The position numbers and the translations under genes were made by a program. Below are positions 19,147 to 28,229 of a DNA stretch of 64,000 bases, piece after piece; positions within the stretch are counted from its first letter, which is position 1; every line of letters begins with the position of its first letter. The DNA is taken from contig CAWGEX010000002.1 of the NCBI GenBank assembly GCA_963821755.1, positions 864,717 through 928,716 of the forward strand. Direction: 5' to 3'. This stretch comes from an uncultured Acidimicrobiaceae bacterium. Its GTDB lineage: Bacteria; Actinomycetota; Acidimicrobiia; Acidimicrobiales; RAAP-2. The notes below the pieces were generated by a model, which did no database searches, had not been told where the DNA came from, and was given only the letters and a program-made list of their open reading frames with translations.

Positions 19147-19514
19147 CGTGCACTCCTGTCGGGGGCCCTTCGGCGTCTTGCGCAGGGCGTTGTAACCGAA
19201 CTATCAGGCGATGGCGCGGGTCTCTGCCGGGTCGTTCGGATGCTGAAGGAGCGGCGTGATCGACGTATGCATCCACTCGCACAGGGGCAGAGCGCCCAGA
19301 AGTCTGTGGCGTAGGCGACACTTGGCCCGAGAACAAGTCATCCGAAGACAATCCGTACTCGACGACCCGCGTCACCTGCAGCGTGTACTCATAGACCGGC
19401 TCTCCCGTCATTCGTACCTCCCCAACCACTTAGGTCTGTCTGTTGACGTTTGCCGAAGGCCTACAAGAGACCGGTCGTTTGTGGCTCTTTTCTCGTTCGG
19501 CATGAGCGTAGTCG

Positions 19515-19630
19515 TTGAGTTGCCCAATCCCCGATCCTTGGGTCAGCGTCTCGCCCGTGACAAAGGTGGCCCGTTCGACACAGAGGACCCGTCGACGACG
19601 TCGCCGAATTCGCCGAGCCGGCCGAGAGGA
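19515..19630 (-). pseudogene. frameshifted remnant of an SDR 3' end, paralogous to 17930..18050
   Basis: 19544-19630 aligns with 17963-18050 at roughly 85-90% identity with a 1-nt gap. It encodes PLGRLGEFGDVVDG / ERATFVTGETL in two different frames. Confidence 0.6.
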
Positions 19631-19932
19631 CCCTGTGACCCGCTTGCGGCGGCCGGTGCTCGATTCGCCGAAGCGACATGTTGCGCCGTTGCCGCCGAGG
19701 TTGGCCCGCCGACCGGTCCGATCCCCGGTACCCATATGGATCTGGTCGCTCCTCCACCGTTCCGATGACGCCCGGCCGATGGTTGCCAGCGCCACGCGGA
19801 CGCTGATCGACGACGCCTCGGCCGTTGGCCGGCGCGAACGCCTCCCTCCAAGCCACACTGGCCTATGGCCAGCGAGAAGACACTTGAGGCCACCAGAGCC
19901 AGGGGGGAGGGCTTCACCGATTTCTCAGCCCA

Positions 19933-20556
19933 TCACCGGCTTCTAGCGGCCTCCAGCGAGTCGACCCAATTCTGGATCCAGTCGAGCAGCTCCGCGTGGC
20001 CTTCGTTGACGTTGGACAGGCCCTCGACGATCATCCCTAACTGAAAACTTGTCACGGCGGCCACAATGACCTTCAACGGGAATTGGGTCTCGTCGAGTCC
20101 GTACTCACGCATGGCCTGGCCGAAATAGTTCTCGAAGATGCCGCGAAACCGGGCGTGGACCTCGGTGAGACGCTCTCGTAACTCGGGCTTGTTCCATCCC
20201 ATGGCTAAGAGTTCCAGCAGAATCTTCGGAAACCGGGAGGTGGGTTCGTCCACCCAGAACCGTGCACCGAGGCGCCACTTCTCAGCAAAGGTCAGGCTGG
20301 GTTCGGCGTAGAGCGCCTCGAGGGCATCGGCGAGCTGATCGACAAAGCGCTGAAGCGTCTGTGTGAGCAACTCATCCATGGAGCCGAAGTAGTAGTGGAC
20401 GAGCCCGTGATTCATTCCGGCGGCTTCCGCCAAAGTCCGGGTGGAGATGCCCGCGTAGCCCACCTCGTAGAGCAGGTGCTCGGCGGCGTCCATCAGCGTG
20501 CTGGTCGCCTGTTGGCGCGCCGCGGAAATCTCCCGCTGCTCCCAGGCACGGGCCAT
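19933..20556 (-). CDS. TetR/AcrR-family transcriptional regulator
   Basis: 207 aa. N-terminal HTH LMDAAEHLLYEVGYAGISTRTLAEAAGMNHGLVHYYFGS. Confidence 0.88.
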   Translation of the reverse strand: MARAWEQREISAARQQATSTLMDAAEHLLYEVGYAGISTRTLAEAAGMNHGLVHYYFGSMDELLTQTLQRFVDQLADALEALYAEPSLTFAEKWRLGARFWVDEPTSRFPKILLELLAMGWNKPELRERLTEVHARFRGIFENYFGQAMREYGLDETQFPLKVIVAAVTSFQLGMIVEGLSNVNEGHAELLDWIQNWVDSLEAARSR

Positions 20557-20601
20557 CAGGACATCGTAGAGAGCTGGAAAGTACCTGAACGGCAGAACTC
20601 T

Positions 20602-20614
20602 TGACTATTAGTCA
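20602..20614. promoter_or_regulatory. perfect 6-1-6 palindrome TGACTAtTAGTCA, candidate TetR operator
   Basis: Lies in the AT-rich tetR / methyltransferase divergent intergenic region and overlaps a TTGACT -35-like hexamer. Confidence 0.45.
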
Positions 20615-20743
20615 TCTGTCCTAGATAGTAGTACAAGTCGAGTGACTCATTCGCTCGACAAAGCCCCAGATCGGCGAAATCGGTGGGACTCCCATCGGTC
20701 GGGGTGGGGCGTCATCCGCCAATGACCAGGAAGGACGGGGGCA

Positions 20744-21790
20744 ATGGACGAGAACAAGATGATGGCGTTCGTCGGGCAAGCAGTCGGTGACGTCGGAGCG
20801 ATGCTCGGTGGGGCGATGGCCGTACTCGGCGACAAACTCGGGCTCTACCGGGCCATGAAGGGCGCCGGCCCCATGACCAGCGCGGAGTTAGCTGCCGCGA
20901 CGGACACCTCCGAGCGATACGTCCGCGAGTGGCTGAGCGCGCAGGCGACCCGAGGATACGTGACCTACGACGGCGACGGTCGCTTCACACTCCCCGACGA
21001 GCACGCCATCCCGCTCACCGACGAGACGAGCCCGGCCTGCGTGATCGGCGCCTTCGAGACGGCTCTCGGTGCGCTCTACGCCACCGACACCATCGCCGAT
21101 CGCTTCCGCACGGGCGACGGCTTCGCCTGGGGCGCGCACGACCAGCACGTGCTCGGCGGCTGCGAGCGCTTCTTCCGTCCCGGATACCTCAATTTCTTGA
21201 CGACAACTTGGATCCCGGCACTCGACGGAATGGAGGCCAAATTGAAGGCGGGCGCGCGCATCGCCGACGTCGGTTGCGGTCATGGGGCCTCGACCTTGTT
21301 GCTCGCTGAGGCCTACCCGGCATCGACGGTGGTCGGTTTCGATGCCCATGAGGGTTCTATCGACGCGGCGCGCAAGCGAGCCGCGGATGCGGGATTGGCT
21401 GATCGAGTCGAGTTCGACGTTGCATCAGCCTCCACCTTCAGCGGGACCTACGACCTTGTGTGCTTCTTTGACTGCCTGCACGACATGGGCGACCCCGCGG
21501 GCGCCTGCGCACACGTCCGGGAGCAGCTTGCTCGGGACGGGTCGGTGATGCTCATTGAGCCATTCGCCGGGGACGACCTGACTGACAACCTGAATCCAGT
21601 CGGAGCCGCCTACTACGGGTTCTCGACTCTGCTCTGCACGCCGAGCTCGCTGTCCCAAGAGGTAGGAACGGCGCTGGGCGCCCAAGCAGGTGAGTCCCGC
21701 CTCCGCGACATCGTCACCGGAGCGGGCTTCACGACCCTGACTCGTGTGGCCGAAACTCCGTTCAATCTCGTGCTCGAAGCGAAGGTCTGA
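20744..21790 (+). CDS. SAM-dependent methyltransferase with N-terminal winged-helix-like domain (Rv2258c-like architecture)
   Basis: 348 aa. N-terminus LGLYRAMKGAGPMTSAELAAATDTSERYVREWLSAQATRGYV, then the methyltransferase core IADVGCGHGAS. Confidence 0.75.
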   Translation: MDENKMMAFVGQAVGDVGAMLGGAMAVLGDKLGLYRAMKGAGPMTSAELAAATDTSERYVREWLSAQATRGYVTYDGDGRFTLPDEHAIPLTDETSPACVIGAFETALGALYATDTIADRFRTGDGFAWGAHDQHVLGGCERFFRPGYLNFLTTTWIPALDGMEAKLKAGARIADVGCGHGASTLLLAEAYPASTVVGFDAHEGSIDAARKRAADAGLADRVEFDVASASTFSGTYDLVCFFDCLHDMGDPAGACAHVREQLARDGSVMLIEPFAGDDLTDNLNPVGAAYYGFSTLLCTPSSLSQEVGTALGAQAGESRLRDIVTGAGFTTLTRVAETPFNLVLEAKV

Positions 21791-22021
21791 CGACCCGAGG
21801 GGGTGACGGAAGGATGCCTCGAACCCTTCCTTGAGGTCTTTGCAGACCACTGCCCCACCGTTCCTGGGTCGATGTTCACCTCAATGGGTCGCGACTCCGG
21901 CTGTGCGTGTCGCTTGGATTCAGGCACTGCCGGTGACGCCGAGGGCTTCGAGTCCAGCAATGCAAATCCCTGACGGACGAGATGATCGGCCGAGTTCGTC
22001 AATATCGCCCGCCTTGCACGA

Positions 22022-22978
22022 TCACTTATCGAGCGCAGCCCGCCACGGACCGAGGTCCAGCGCGGGGTACCGCTCCTGGGTCTGCTCGATCAGCCGACCG
22101 TTCCAGACCGGGTGCCCCGGCGGCGGCCAGCCGAAGAGCGCCAGCTCCCGAGGAGTCGATCCCTCCACGAACACAGTCCACTCGATGCTCGTCGACACGG
22201 ACTGCTGGGTGTTGTACGCGATCCATTCGACGTCTGCGTTCTTGAAGGCGACAGAGGCCACGATTCGCGCTCCCGAGGCCGAGCCAAAGGGGGCGCCCCG
22301 GTGCCAACAGTCGGACCGGTAGGCCAGGTACGAACCCCGGATCCCCGGAGCGGGCCGCTCGGACGCATAGACACCGGGTTCCATGTTGGGCATGACGACG
22401 CCGTAAGGAGACTCGATCGAGTTGGAGTCGCGCCTCGAGACGAGACGAGTGGGGTTATCGGCGTCAGAGATGTCGGAGAGGTAGAGGAATCCCTCGAGGT
22501 TCCACCAGGGGTATTCGCTGCCCGGCGGGAGCCACGAGTGATTGCGGTCGATGTGCATCGGCTGCTCGTAGTTGGTCACCCCGGCATACTTCGCGCTGGC
22601 GCCCGCCTGGTACAGGCGGATGTCGGTGTTTCCGAGAGCGCGCTCGGCAAAGTCGACGATCGAAGGATGGACGCACAGCCGGTTGAGCGTCGTGCCCGGG
22701 AACGGAAACGTGGCTGACCATCGTTGCTGCTCGGGACGGAATCCCGGACCCTCGTCGGGCCACACGAACACCTCCTTGGGTTCGACTGGGTGGCCCTTCC
22801 ACCGTTCGGTTACCCCGTCTGGATCCGCGTGGAGCTCCTCGGCACTCGGAAAGATCTCCCGCAGGTCCCCGGCGGCGGCGTCGATCTCCTCGGCGCCCAC
22901 CAAGCCCTCGATCAGGATCCAACCCTCTTCTCGCCACGTCGTGACTTCGGCGTCGGTCGCGAGTCGTGAAGTCACCAT
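22022..22978 (-). CDS. phytanoyl-CoA dioxygenase (PhyH)-like Fe(II)/2-oxoglutarate oxygenase
   Basis: 318 aa. N-terminal WREEGWILIEGLV pattern. MHIDRNHSW provides an HxD-type iron-binding motif. CWHRGAPF lies near the C-terminal part. Assignment by pattern only. Confidence 0.55.
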   Translation of the reverse strand: MVTSRLATDAEVTTWREEGWILIEGLVGAEEIDAAAGDLREIFPSAEELHADPDGVTERWKGHPVEPKEVFVWPDEGPGFRPEQQRWSATFPFPGTTLNRLCVHPSIVDFAERALGNTDIRLYQAGASAKYAGVTNYEQPMHIDRNHSWLPPGSEYPWWNLEGFLYLSDISDADNPTRLVSRRDSNSIESPYGVVMPNMEPGVYASERPAPGIRGSYLAYRSDCWHRGAPFGSASGARIVASVAFKNADVEWIAYNTQQSVSTSIEWTVFVEGSTPRELALFGWPPPGHPVWNGRLIEQTQERYPALDLGPWRAALDK

Positions 22979-23219
22979 GTGTCATCCCCGTCCGTCTGCC
23001 TGATCGGCGATGGTGGTCGCCGCCTCACTGGCCCCATTGTTACCCGAGGTCGGCGAGCACCGGGGAGGAGGCCACGACCAGATCCAATCACCGGATGCTC
23101 CATCGTCCGGCCAAGCTCACCCGCCGACTTGGCGTGCGGGGATACCCTTGGGCGTCCGGCATCGGCCGGTGACCTCCGATCACTGCGTTGCAAGCCGACA
23201 CACGTCATAAAGTGCCTGC

Positions 23220-23891
23220 ATGAGTACCTCCTATTGGCGTGGCGCGGCCGAGGACGCAGCGATGCAGGACGAGCATGGCTTCATATGGAAGGCGATGCTC
23301 GACACCATCGACACCGACTTGGCGGGCCGGCGGGTGCTCGACGCCGGATGCAATCGTGGGGGATTCCTGCGCCTGCTCGTTGACGCCGAGGGCATCGGCG
23401 AGGGCTACGGGTACGACCCAGCCTCGGGTGCCATCGCTGACGCCCGCCGTCTCGCCGGAGACAGGCCGCTCACCTTCGAGGTTGCCGGGACCGTGCCGGA
23501 CGCCTGGGATGGGTTCGACGTGGCCTTCAGCCATGAGGTCCTCTACTTGCTGGAGGACCTCCCTACCCACGCGGCTCGTCTGTTTGGCGCCATGAAACCC
23601 AGCGGGTCGTACTTCGCCGTCATGGGCGTTCACGGAGGGAGCCCGATGATGTCGTCGTGGCACGCAGAGTGCGCAGTGGAGCTCGGGCTTCCACGGCTCT
23701 ACGAGCTCGACGAGGTGGCGAGGGTCTTCGAGCACGCCGGCTTCACCGTATCGGTGGCCAACTTGAAGTTTGGATTCGTTCCGGTGTCGGCGCATCGGCA
23801 CGGGCACGACCATCGGAGGGACCTTCTCGCGTGGTTGGACTACTACAGCCGGGAGAAGGTCCTGTTGCGTTTCACTCGCCCTCCCTCCTGA
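23220..23891 (+). CDS. class I SAM-dependent methyltransferase
   Basis: 223 aa. RRVLDAGCNRGGFLRLL motif I, and FDVAFSHEVLYLLED. Confidence 0.7.
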   Translation: MSTSYWRGAAEDAAMQDEHGFIWKAMLDTIDTDLAGRRVLDAGCNRGGFLRLLVDAEGIGEGYGYDPASGAIADARRLAGDRPLTFEVAGTVPDAWDGFDVAFSHEVLYLLEDLPTHAARLFGAMKPSGSYFAVMGVHGGSPMMSSWHAECAVELGLPRLYELDEVARVFEHAGFTVSVANLKFGFVPVSAHRHGHDHRRDLLAWLDYYSREKVLLRFTRPPS

Positions 23892-24203
23892 GCGCCTCCT
23901 CCTTTAGCCACGGGCTCGTAGGCTGAAGGTCGGGTGAGGTCGAGGAACTCACCGGTCTCGCGCTCAACAAGATTGTCTGAACGGGGGAAGACATTCACAA
24001 ACTGTTGAACCGGGTGGCGCCGCAATTGGTTGTGAACGTGCGATCCCCGTCGCGCTTACGCGCTGTCAGGGTAAGACGTAGAAAACCCATCGTCGCTCAC
24101 GCGTGCTGCGACCCCAGGAAAACCCGGACATTGGGCAACCCGTGTCCGGCGAAGGGCGCACGTTTCGTCGGGCAGCCCGTGGGCTACGCCGAACCAGTTG
24201 CTC

Positions 24204-25188
24204 CTAGTAGATCGCGAAACGGATGACCGAGACGAACCCGAATACGAGCGAGTACACGGCAAAGGGGATCAGAGTTCGAGTCCGGAAGTAGCGAGACAAA
24301 AAGATGATGGCGAAGAGTGAGCTGGCGGCCGCCGCCAGGCTCCCTACTATCACCTGGGCCCGGATGCCGTTGCCCAAGGTCCCCAGGAGATCGGGGATCT
24401 TGAGCACACCAGCCGCGAGGATCACCGGCGTCGAGAGAAGGAAGGAAAACCGAAGGGCGTTCTCGTTGGTGAGCCCGCGGAATAGGCCACCCACCATCGC
24501 TACACCCTCGCGGCTGATCCCGGCCAGGAGCGCCAAGGCCTGAGCGGCTCCGATCACGGCGGCACTGACGTACCCGACGCGCGCCAAGGCGTGCTCACCG
24601 TCTTCGTCCAGGGGGACGATTCGCTCATCACGCCACGAGCGCGCGGTGACTCGAGCTGAGGAGGACCGATCGGCTGGTCGACGAAGCCTCGGGTTCGACG
24701 AGGACCGGCTCGGTCTTGGCCGCCAGGTGTCGGCGACGGAATACTTCGCCGGCGCCCAGGATCAACCCGTTCACCATGAGGAAGATCGCGGCCGCCAGCG
24801 GCTTGGCGAACAACACCCGAAACTGGTGCTCGAAGATGATGCCAAGCGCCCCGACGGGAATCGTGGCAATCACGATGAACCAGGCCAGTCGTTCCTGATC
24901 GTTGACCGCTCTGCGGTGGAGCAGCGAAGTAACGAAGCCCCGCACGAGACGCACCCACTCGCGGAAGTAGAAGCCGAGCAGCACGACGGCGGTCGCGAGA
25001 TGGAGCCCAACCACGAAGGCCAGGTACGGGCTCTCAGAAGAAGACTCCTGGCTCACGAGAGTGGCCCAGCTCCCGCCGATCCACGACGGCACCAGAACGG
25101 TGTGGCCGAGACTCGAGATCGGGAAGAGCTCCGTGAACCCCTGGAGAAGGCCAATCACGATGGCCTGCAAGAAAGTTATGTGGTGCAT
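24204..25188 (-). pseudogene. uppP: undecaprenyl-diphosphate phosphatase split into two ORFs by a frame change
   Basis: ORF 24628..25188 is the UppP N-half (LQGFTELFPISSLGHTVL). ORF 24204..24587 is the C-half (AAQALALLAGISREGVAMVGGL...RFSFLLSTPVILAAG) in the +1 frame. The C-half frame is open upstream across the stop of the N-half. Confidence 0.8.
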
Positions 25189-25424
25189 GACCGGGCCATC
25201 TCTCCTGTGGCGGCGACTGAATCAACCATTGTGACCGTCGACGACCTGATGGTGACAATCCAACATCTGCGTCACCCCGGGCATCGAGCTCTATCGGCGC
25301 GGACAATCGAGGCGGCCGGCCGCGCGGTCCCTGCATCGCCGCGACCGGCCCTCGATGGAGGGATCGGCTGACCGGCCACGGACATGGTCAGACTACGCAC
25401 TGGCGACCACGGCTGGTGAGGCAT

Positions 25425-25441
25425 ATACTCCATGGGGGTAT
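25425..25441. promoter_or_regulatory. CsoR/RcnR-type operator-like pseudo-palindrome ATACTCCATGGGGGTAT
   Basis: ATAC...GTAT arms flank a C/G tract with a G5 run. From memory this closely resembles the B. subtilis copZA CsoR site (ATACCCTACGGGGGTAT-like). It lies upstream of a csoR relic and the YHS-permease. Confidence 0.45.
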
Positions 25442-25448
25442 TGGGTAC

Positions 25449-25593
25449 ATGGCAGGAGAGGAGGAGAGGCACGCATCAAACCAGGCTACGTCGATGACAA
25501 AGAGGCGGTTCAGATGCGCCTTGGCGGGATCGAGGCGATACGAAACTCCGTGAAGCGGCTTCGGCCGCTATCGCCCGCTTGGTGCGGTCCTGA
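25449..25593 (+). pseudogene. internally deleted, frameshifted remnant of a CsoR/RicR-family (DUF156) metal-sensing repressor
   Basis: Frame of ORF 25355..25621 reads KPGYVDDKEAVQMRLGGIEAIRNSVK (GY-x3-K-x5-RL-x2-IE spacing of the CsoR N-terminal helix). At about 25550 another frame reads EAASAAIARLVRS-stop (25552..25593), like the C-terminus of actinobacterial RicR-type proteins. The middle segment that carries the Cys/His ligands is absent. Confidence 0.4.
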
Positions 25594-25636
25594 AGCGGTT
25601 CGAACACCTGGCCGCGCCTGAGATCGGGGATAGGTC

Positions 25637-26914
25637 GTGTTGCTAGCGAGCACCTCGCTCGATGCCATTGGACGGAGCTTGCGAGAAAGCTTCTTCATGT
25701 TCTGGGAGACCCTCTGGCCGCTGGTCCTGGGCTTCGGCCTGTCTGGGGCGGTGCAAGCCTTCGTCAGTCGCGAGGCCATGCAGCGCAAGCTCGGCGATCA
25801 CAACCCGCCAGCCGTCGCCCGGGCCTCGTTCTACGGGATGGTCTCGTCCTCGTGCTCGTACGCCGCCTCGGCCATGTCGAAGTCTCTTTTCGTCAAGGGC
25901 GCCGACTTCGTCTCGGCCAATGTCTTCATGTTCGCGTCGACGAACCTGGTGGTCGAACTGGGCATCGTGCTCGTCGTGCTGATGGGGTGGCAGTTCGCAG
26001 CCAGCGAGTTCATCGGCGGCGTCATCATGATCGTGCTGTTTACCCTGCTCGCCAGCATGTGGTTGCGGGGTCGGCTCGTCGTACAGGCCCGGGAGCGCTT
26101 GGCGAGCACTGTCGATCACGGGCATCAGCACGGTCCACCCGAAAATGTGGCGCTCCAGCATGAGCCGTGGAGCACGCGTCTCCGGTCCAAAGCGGGTTGG
26201 GCCGATGCGGCGATCTACACCATGGGCGATCTGACCATGATCCGCAGAGAACTGGTGATCGGCTACGTCGTGGCCGGATTCGTGGCCAGCCTTGTGCCAG
26301 TCCACCTCTGGAACGCCGTGTTTATTCACGGCCACGGATTCTGGACCAGTCTCGAAAACGTGATCGTCGGGCCCTTCATCGCCATGATCAGTTTTGTGTG
26401 CTCGGTCGGCAATGTCCCCCTGGCCGCGGCATTGTGGAAGGGAGGCATCTCCTTCGGCGGGGTGATCTCCTTCATCTTCGGCGACCTCATAGCGCTTCCG
26501 CTCCTCCTCATCTACCGCCGCTTCTACGGCGGGCGACTCACGCTGAAGATGTTGGCCGTGTTCTGGACCGTGATGTCCGCAGCCGGGCTCATTACCGAGG
26601 GCATCTTCCGTGCGCTCGGTCTCGTACCGACCACTCGGCCGACCCAGATCGTGGCCGACCACTTCTCGTGGAATTACACGGCATATCTGAATCTTGTCTT
26701 CCTCGCCCTGTTCGGACTCCTCTACTGGACCTACCGGAACCGCGAGCGGCTGGGGGGAGGCGGAGGCCTCGCCGTCGATCCGGTCTGCGGAATGCAAATC
26801 GACCAGACCAGCGCGCCGGCATCGCTCGTGTATGCGGGAGAGCGCCTGTATTTCTGCTCCGACGGTTGCCGCAGCACGTTTGAGGCCAATTCCGCAAGGC
26901 TTGCCGCGGATTGA
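25637..26914 (+). CDS. permease (YraQ/ArsP-like, DUF318-type) fused to a C-terminal YHS/TRASH metal-binding domain
   Basis: 425 aa with about 8-10 hydrophobic helices. The C-terminus VDPVCGMQIDQTSAPASLVYAGERLYFCSDGCRSTFEANSARL is a YHS-domain signature. GTG start. Confidence 0.75.
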   Translation: MLLASTSLDAIGRSLRESFFMFWETLWPLVLGFGLSGAVQAFVSREAMQRKLGDHNPPAVARASFYGMVSSSCSYAASAMSKSLFVKGADFVSANVFMFASTNLVVELGIVLVVLMGWQFAASEFIGGVIMIVLFTLLASMWLRGRLVVQARERLASTVDHGHQHGPPENVALQHEPWSTRLRSKAGWADAAIYTMGDLTMIRRELVIGYVVAGFVASLVPVHLWNAVFIHGHGFWTSLENVIVGPFIAMISFVCSVGNVPLAAALWKGGISFGGVISFIFGDLIALPLLLIYRRFYGGRLTLKMLAVFWTVMSAAGLITEGIFRALGLVPTTRPTQIVADHFSWNYTAYLNLVFLALFGLLYWTYRNRERLGGGGGLAVDPVCGMQIDQTSAPASLVYAGERLYFCSDGCRSTFEANSARLAAD

Positions 26915-26918
26915 AATC

Positions 26919-26933
26919 TGCGAACGGTTCGCA
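26919..26933. promoter_or_regulatory. perfect 7-1-7 palindrome TGCGAACgGTTCGCA between the permease and the CDF gene
   Basis: Starts 5 nt after the permease stop and about 58 nt before the inferred CDF start. Could be an operator for a dimeric regulator or a short hairpin. Confidence 0.25.
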
Positions 26934-26990
26934 ACGTGCCGTGCGGTGCGTTCGGTACGAGACTGGCGATTGAAGACGGAGACGCACACC

Positions 26991-28034
26991 TTGTCAGAGA
27001 TCCACCCGCACACTCATGAACACAGCGGTCGAGACCATGATGAACACACGCGTGGGCTTGGCCACCTGGTGCGTGACCTCTTTGCACCCCACTCCCACGA
27101 TGCCAAGGACTCGCTTGATCAGGCGCTCGAGGGCAGCAGGGACGGCGTTCGGGCGGTCGCCATCTCTCTCGTCATCTTGCTTCTCACGGCCGGTGTCCAG
27201 GCCCTGGTGGTTGTGGTCAGCGGTTCAGTTGCTCTTCTTGGCGATACCTTCCACAACGGAGCGGATGCACTGACCGCCCTCCCGCTATGGATGGCCTTCA
27301 GTCTGGGCCGCCGGCCGGCCACGGAGCGCTTCACCTACGGATTCGGGAAAGCCGAGGACATTGCGGGATTGGCGGTCGTCGGATTCATCGCCCTGTCGGC
27401 TGCGCTGGCCGCCTACGAGGCCATCCACCGCCTCTTGCACCCTCAAACGATCACCCATCTACCGATTGTCATGGCCGCGGCGATCGTGGGGGCACTGGGG
27501 AACGAGGTCGTGGCGCAGTACCGAATCCGGATCGGACGGCGGATCGGATCAGCCGCTCTCGAGGCCGATGGGCTTCACGCCCGAACGGACGGCATCACAT
27601 CATTGCTCGTTCTTATCGGAGCCATCGCCGTCGCGTTGGGACTCCCGTGGGCCGACCCGGTCGTGGGACTCCTGATCACGGCCGCCATTTTGATCGTCCT
27701 CTTCCAAACGGTACGAAGTGTGGGTCAGCGCTTGCTCGATGCCGTTGATCCTCAGGTCGTCGCCCAGATCGCCGAGACGGTCGGTGGGGTCAATGGCGTT
27801 CTCGCTGTGAGCGAGGTCCGAGCTCGCTGGGCCGGTCATCGCCTGTTGGCCCAGGTGCGCCTGACCGTCGGCGGTGATCTGACGGTGGCCGAAGCCCACA
27901 AGGTTGCCGAGTTGGCTCACCACGAACTGCTCCACCATGTGCCGAATCTCTCCGATGCCATCATCCACGTCGATCCCGACGTCCCGGGAGCCGACCCCCA
28001 TGCCCTGACCGCTCACCACCTCCACGCTGACTGA
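26991..28034 (+). CDS. cation diffusion facilitator (CDF) family divalent-metal efflux transporter with a His-rich N-terminus
   Basis: In-frame part of ORF 26694..28034. The TTG at 26991 (GGAG about 10 nt upstream) gives LSEIHPHTHEHSGRDHDEHTRGLGH.... CDF motifs SGSVALLGDTFHNGADALT and RFTYGFGKAEDIAGL. Start is uncertain. Confidence 0.75.
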   Translation: MSEIHPHTHEHSGRDHDEHTRGLGHLVRDLFAPHSHDAKDSLDQALEGSRDGVRAVAISLVILLLTAGVQALVVVVSGSVALLGDTFHNGADALTALPLWMAFSLGRRPATERFTYGFGKAEDIAGLAVVGFIALSAALAAYEAIHRLLHPQTITHLPIVMAAAIVGALGNEVVAQYRIRIGRRIGSAALEADGLHARTDGITSLLVLIGAIAVALGLPWADPVVGLLITAAILIVLFQTVRSVGQRLLDAVDPQVVAQIAETVGGVNGVLAVSEVRARWAGHRLLAQVRLTVGGDLTVAEAHKVAELAHHELLHHVPNLSDAIIHVDPDVPGADPHALTAHHLHAD

Positions 28035-28229
28035 GCCGCTGAGGAGCTCACCGAAGCCAGTGAGCGCGAACCTTCGGTAGGAAATGACGGGTCGGTTGAC
28101 CCATCTGGACAAATCAAGCGATCCTTCAGCTAGTCAGGAGAAGGGCAACTGACTCCCGTCCCCAAAGGTGCGAAACCCAACCGGGCCTGGGGCGCCAACC
28201 GGCAATCGCCGGGAACCCTGGTCTCGCCG

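Noticed and set aside
24274-24283. gttcgagtcc, identical to the T-arm of tRNA-Arg (14764-14773), as a possible attR of an island
   Set aside because: This is only a 10-12 nt match covering the generic T-loop, not the 3' acceptor end. It lies inside the uppP coding sequence and is compatible with chance in 64 kb.
25594-25646. AVLKRFEHLAAPEIGDRSCC frame considered as a further piece of the csoR relic
   Set aside because: The resemblance to the CsoR C-terminal helix is weak, and the better C-terminal match (EAASAAIARLVRS-stop) already terminates upstream. It is probably just spacer before the permease start.
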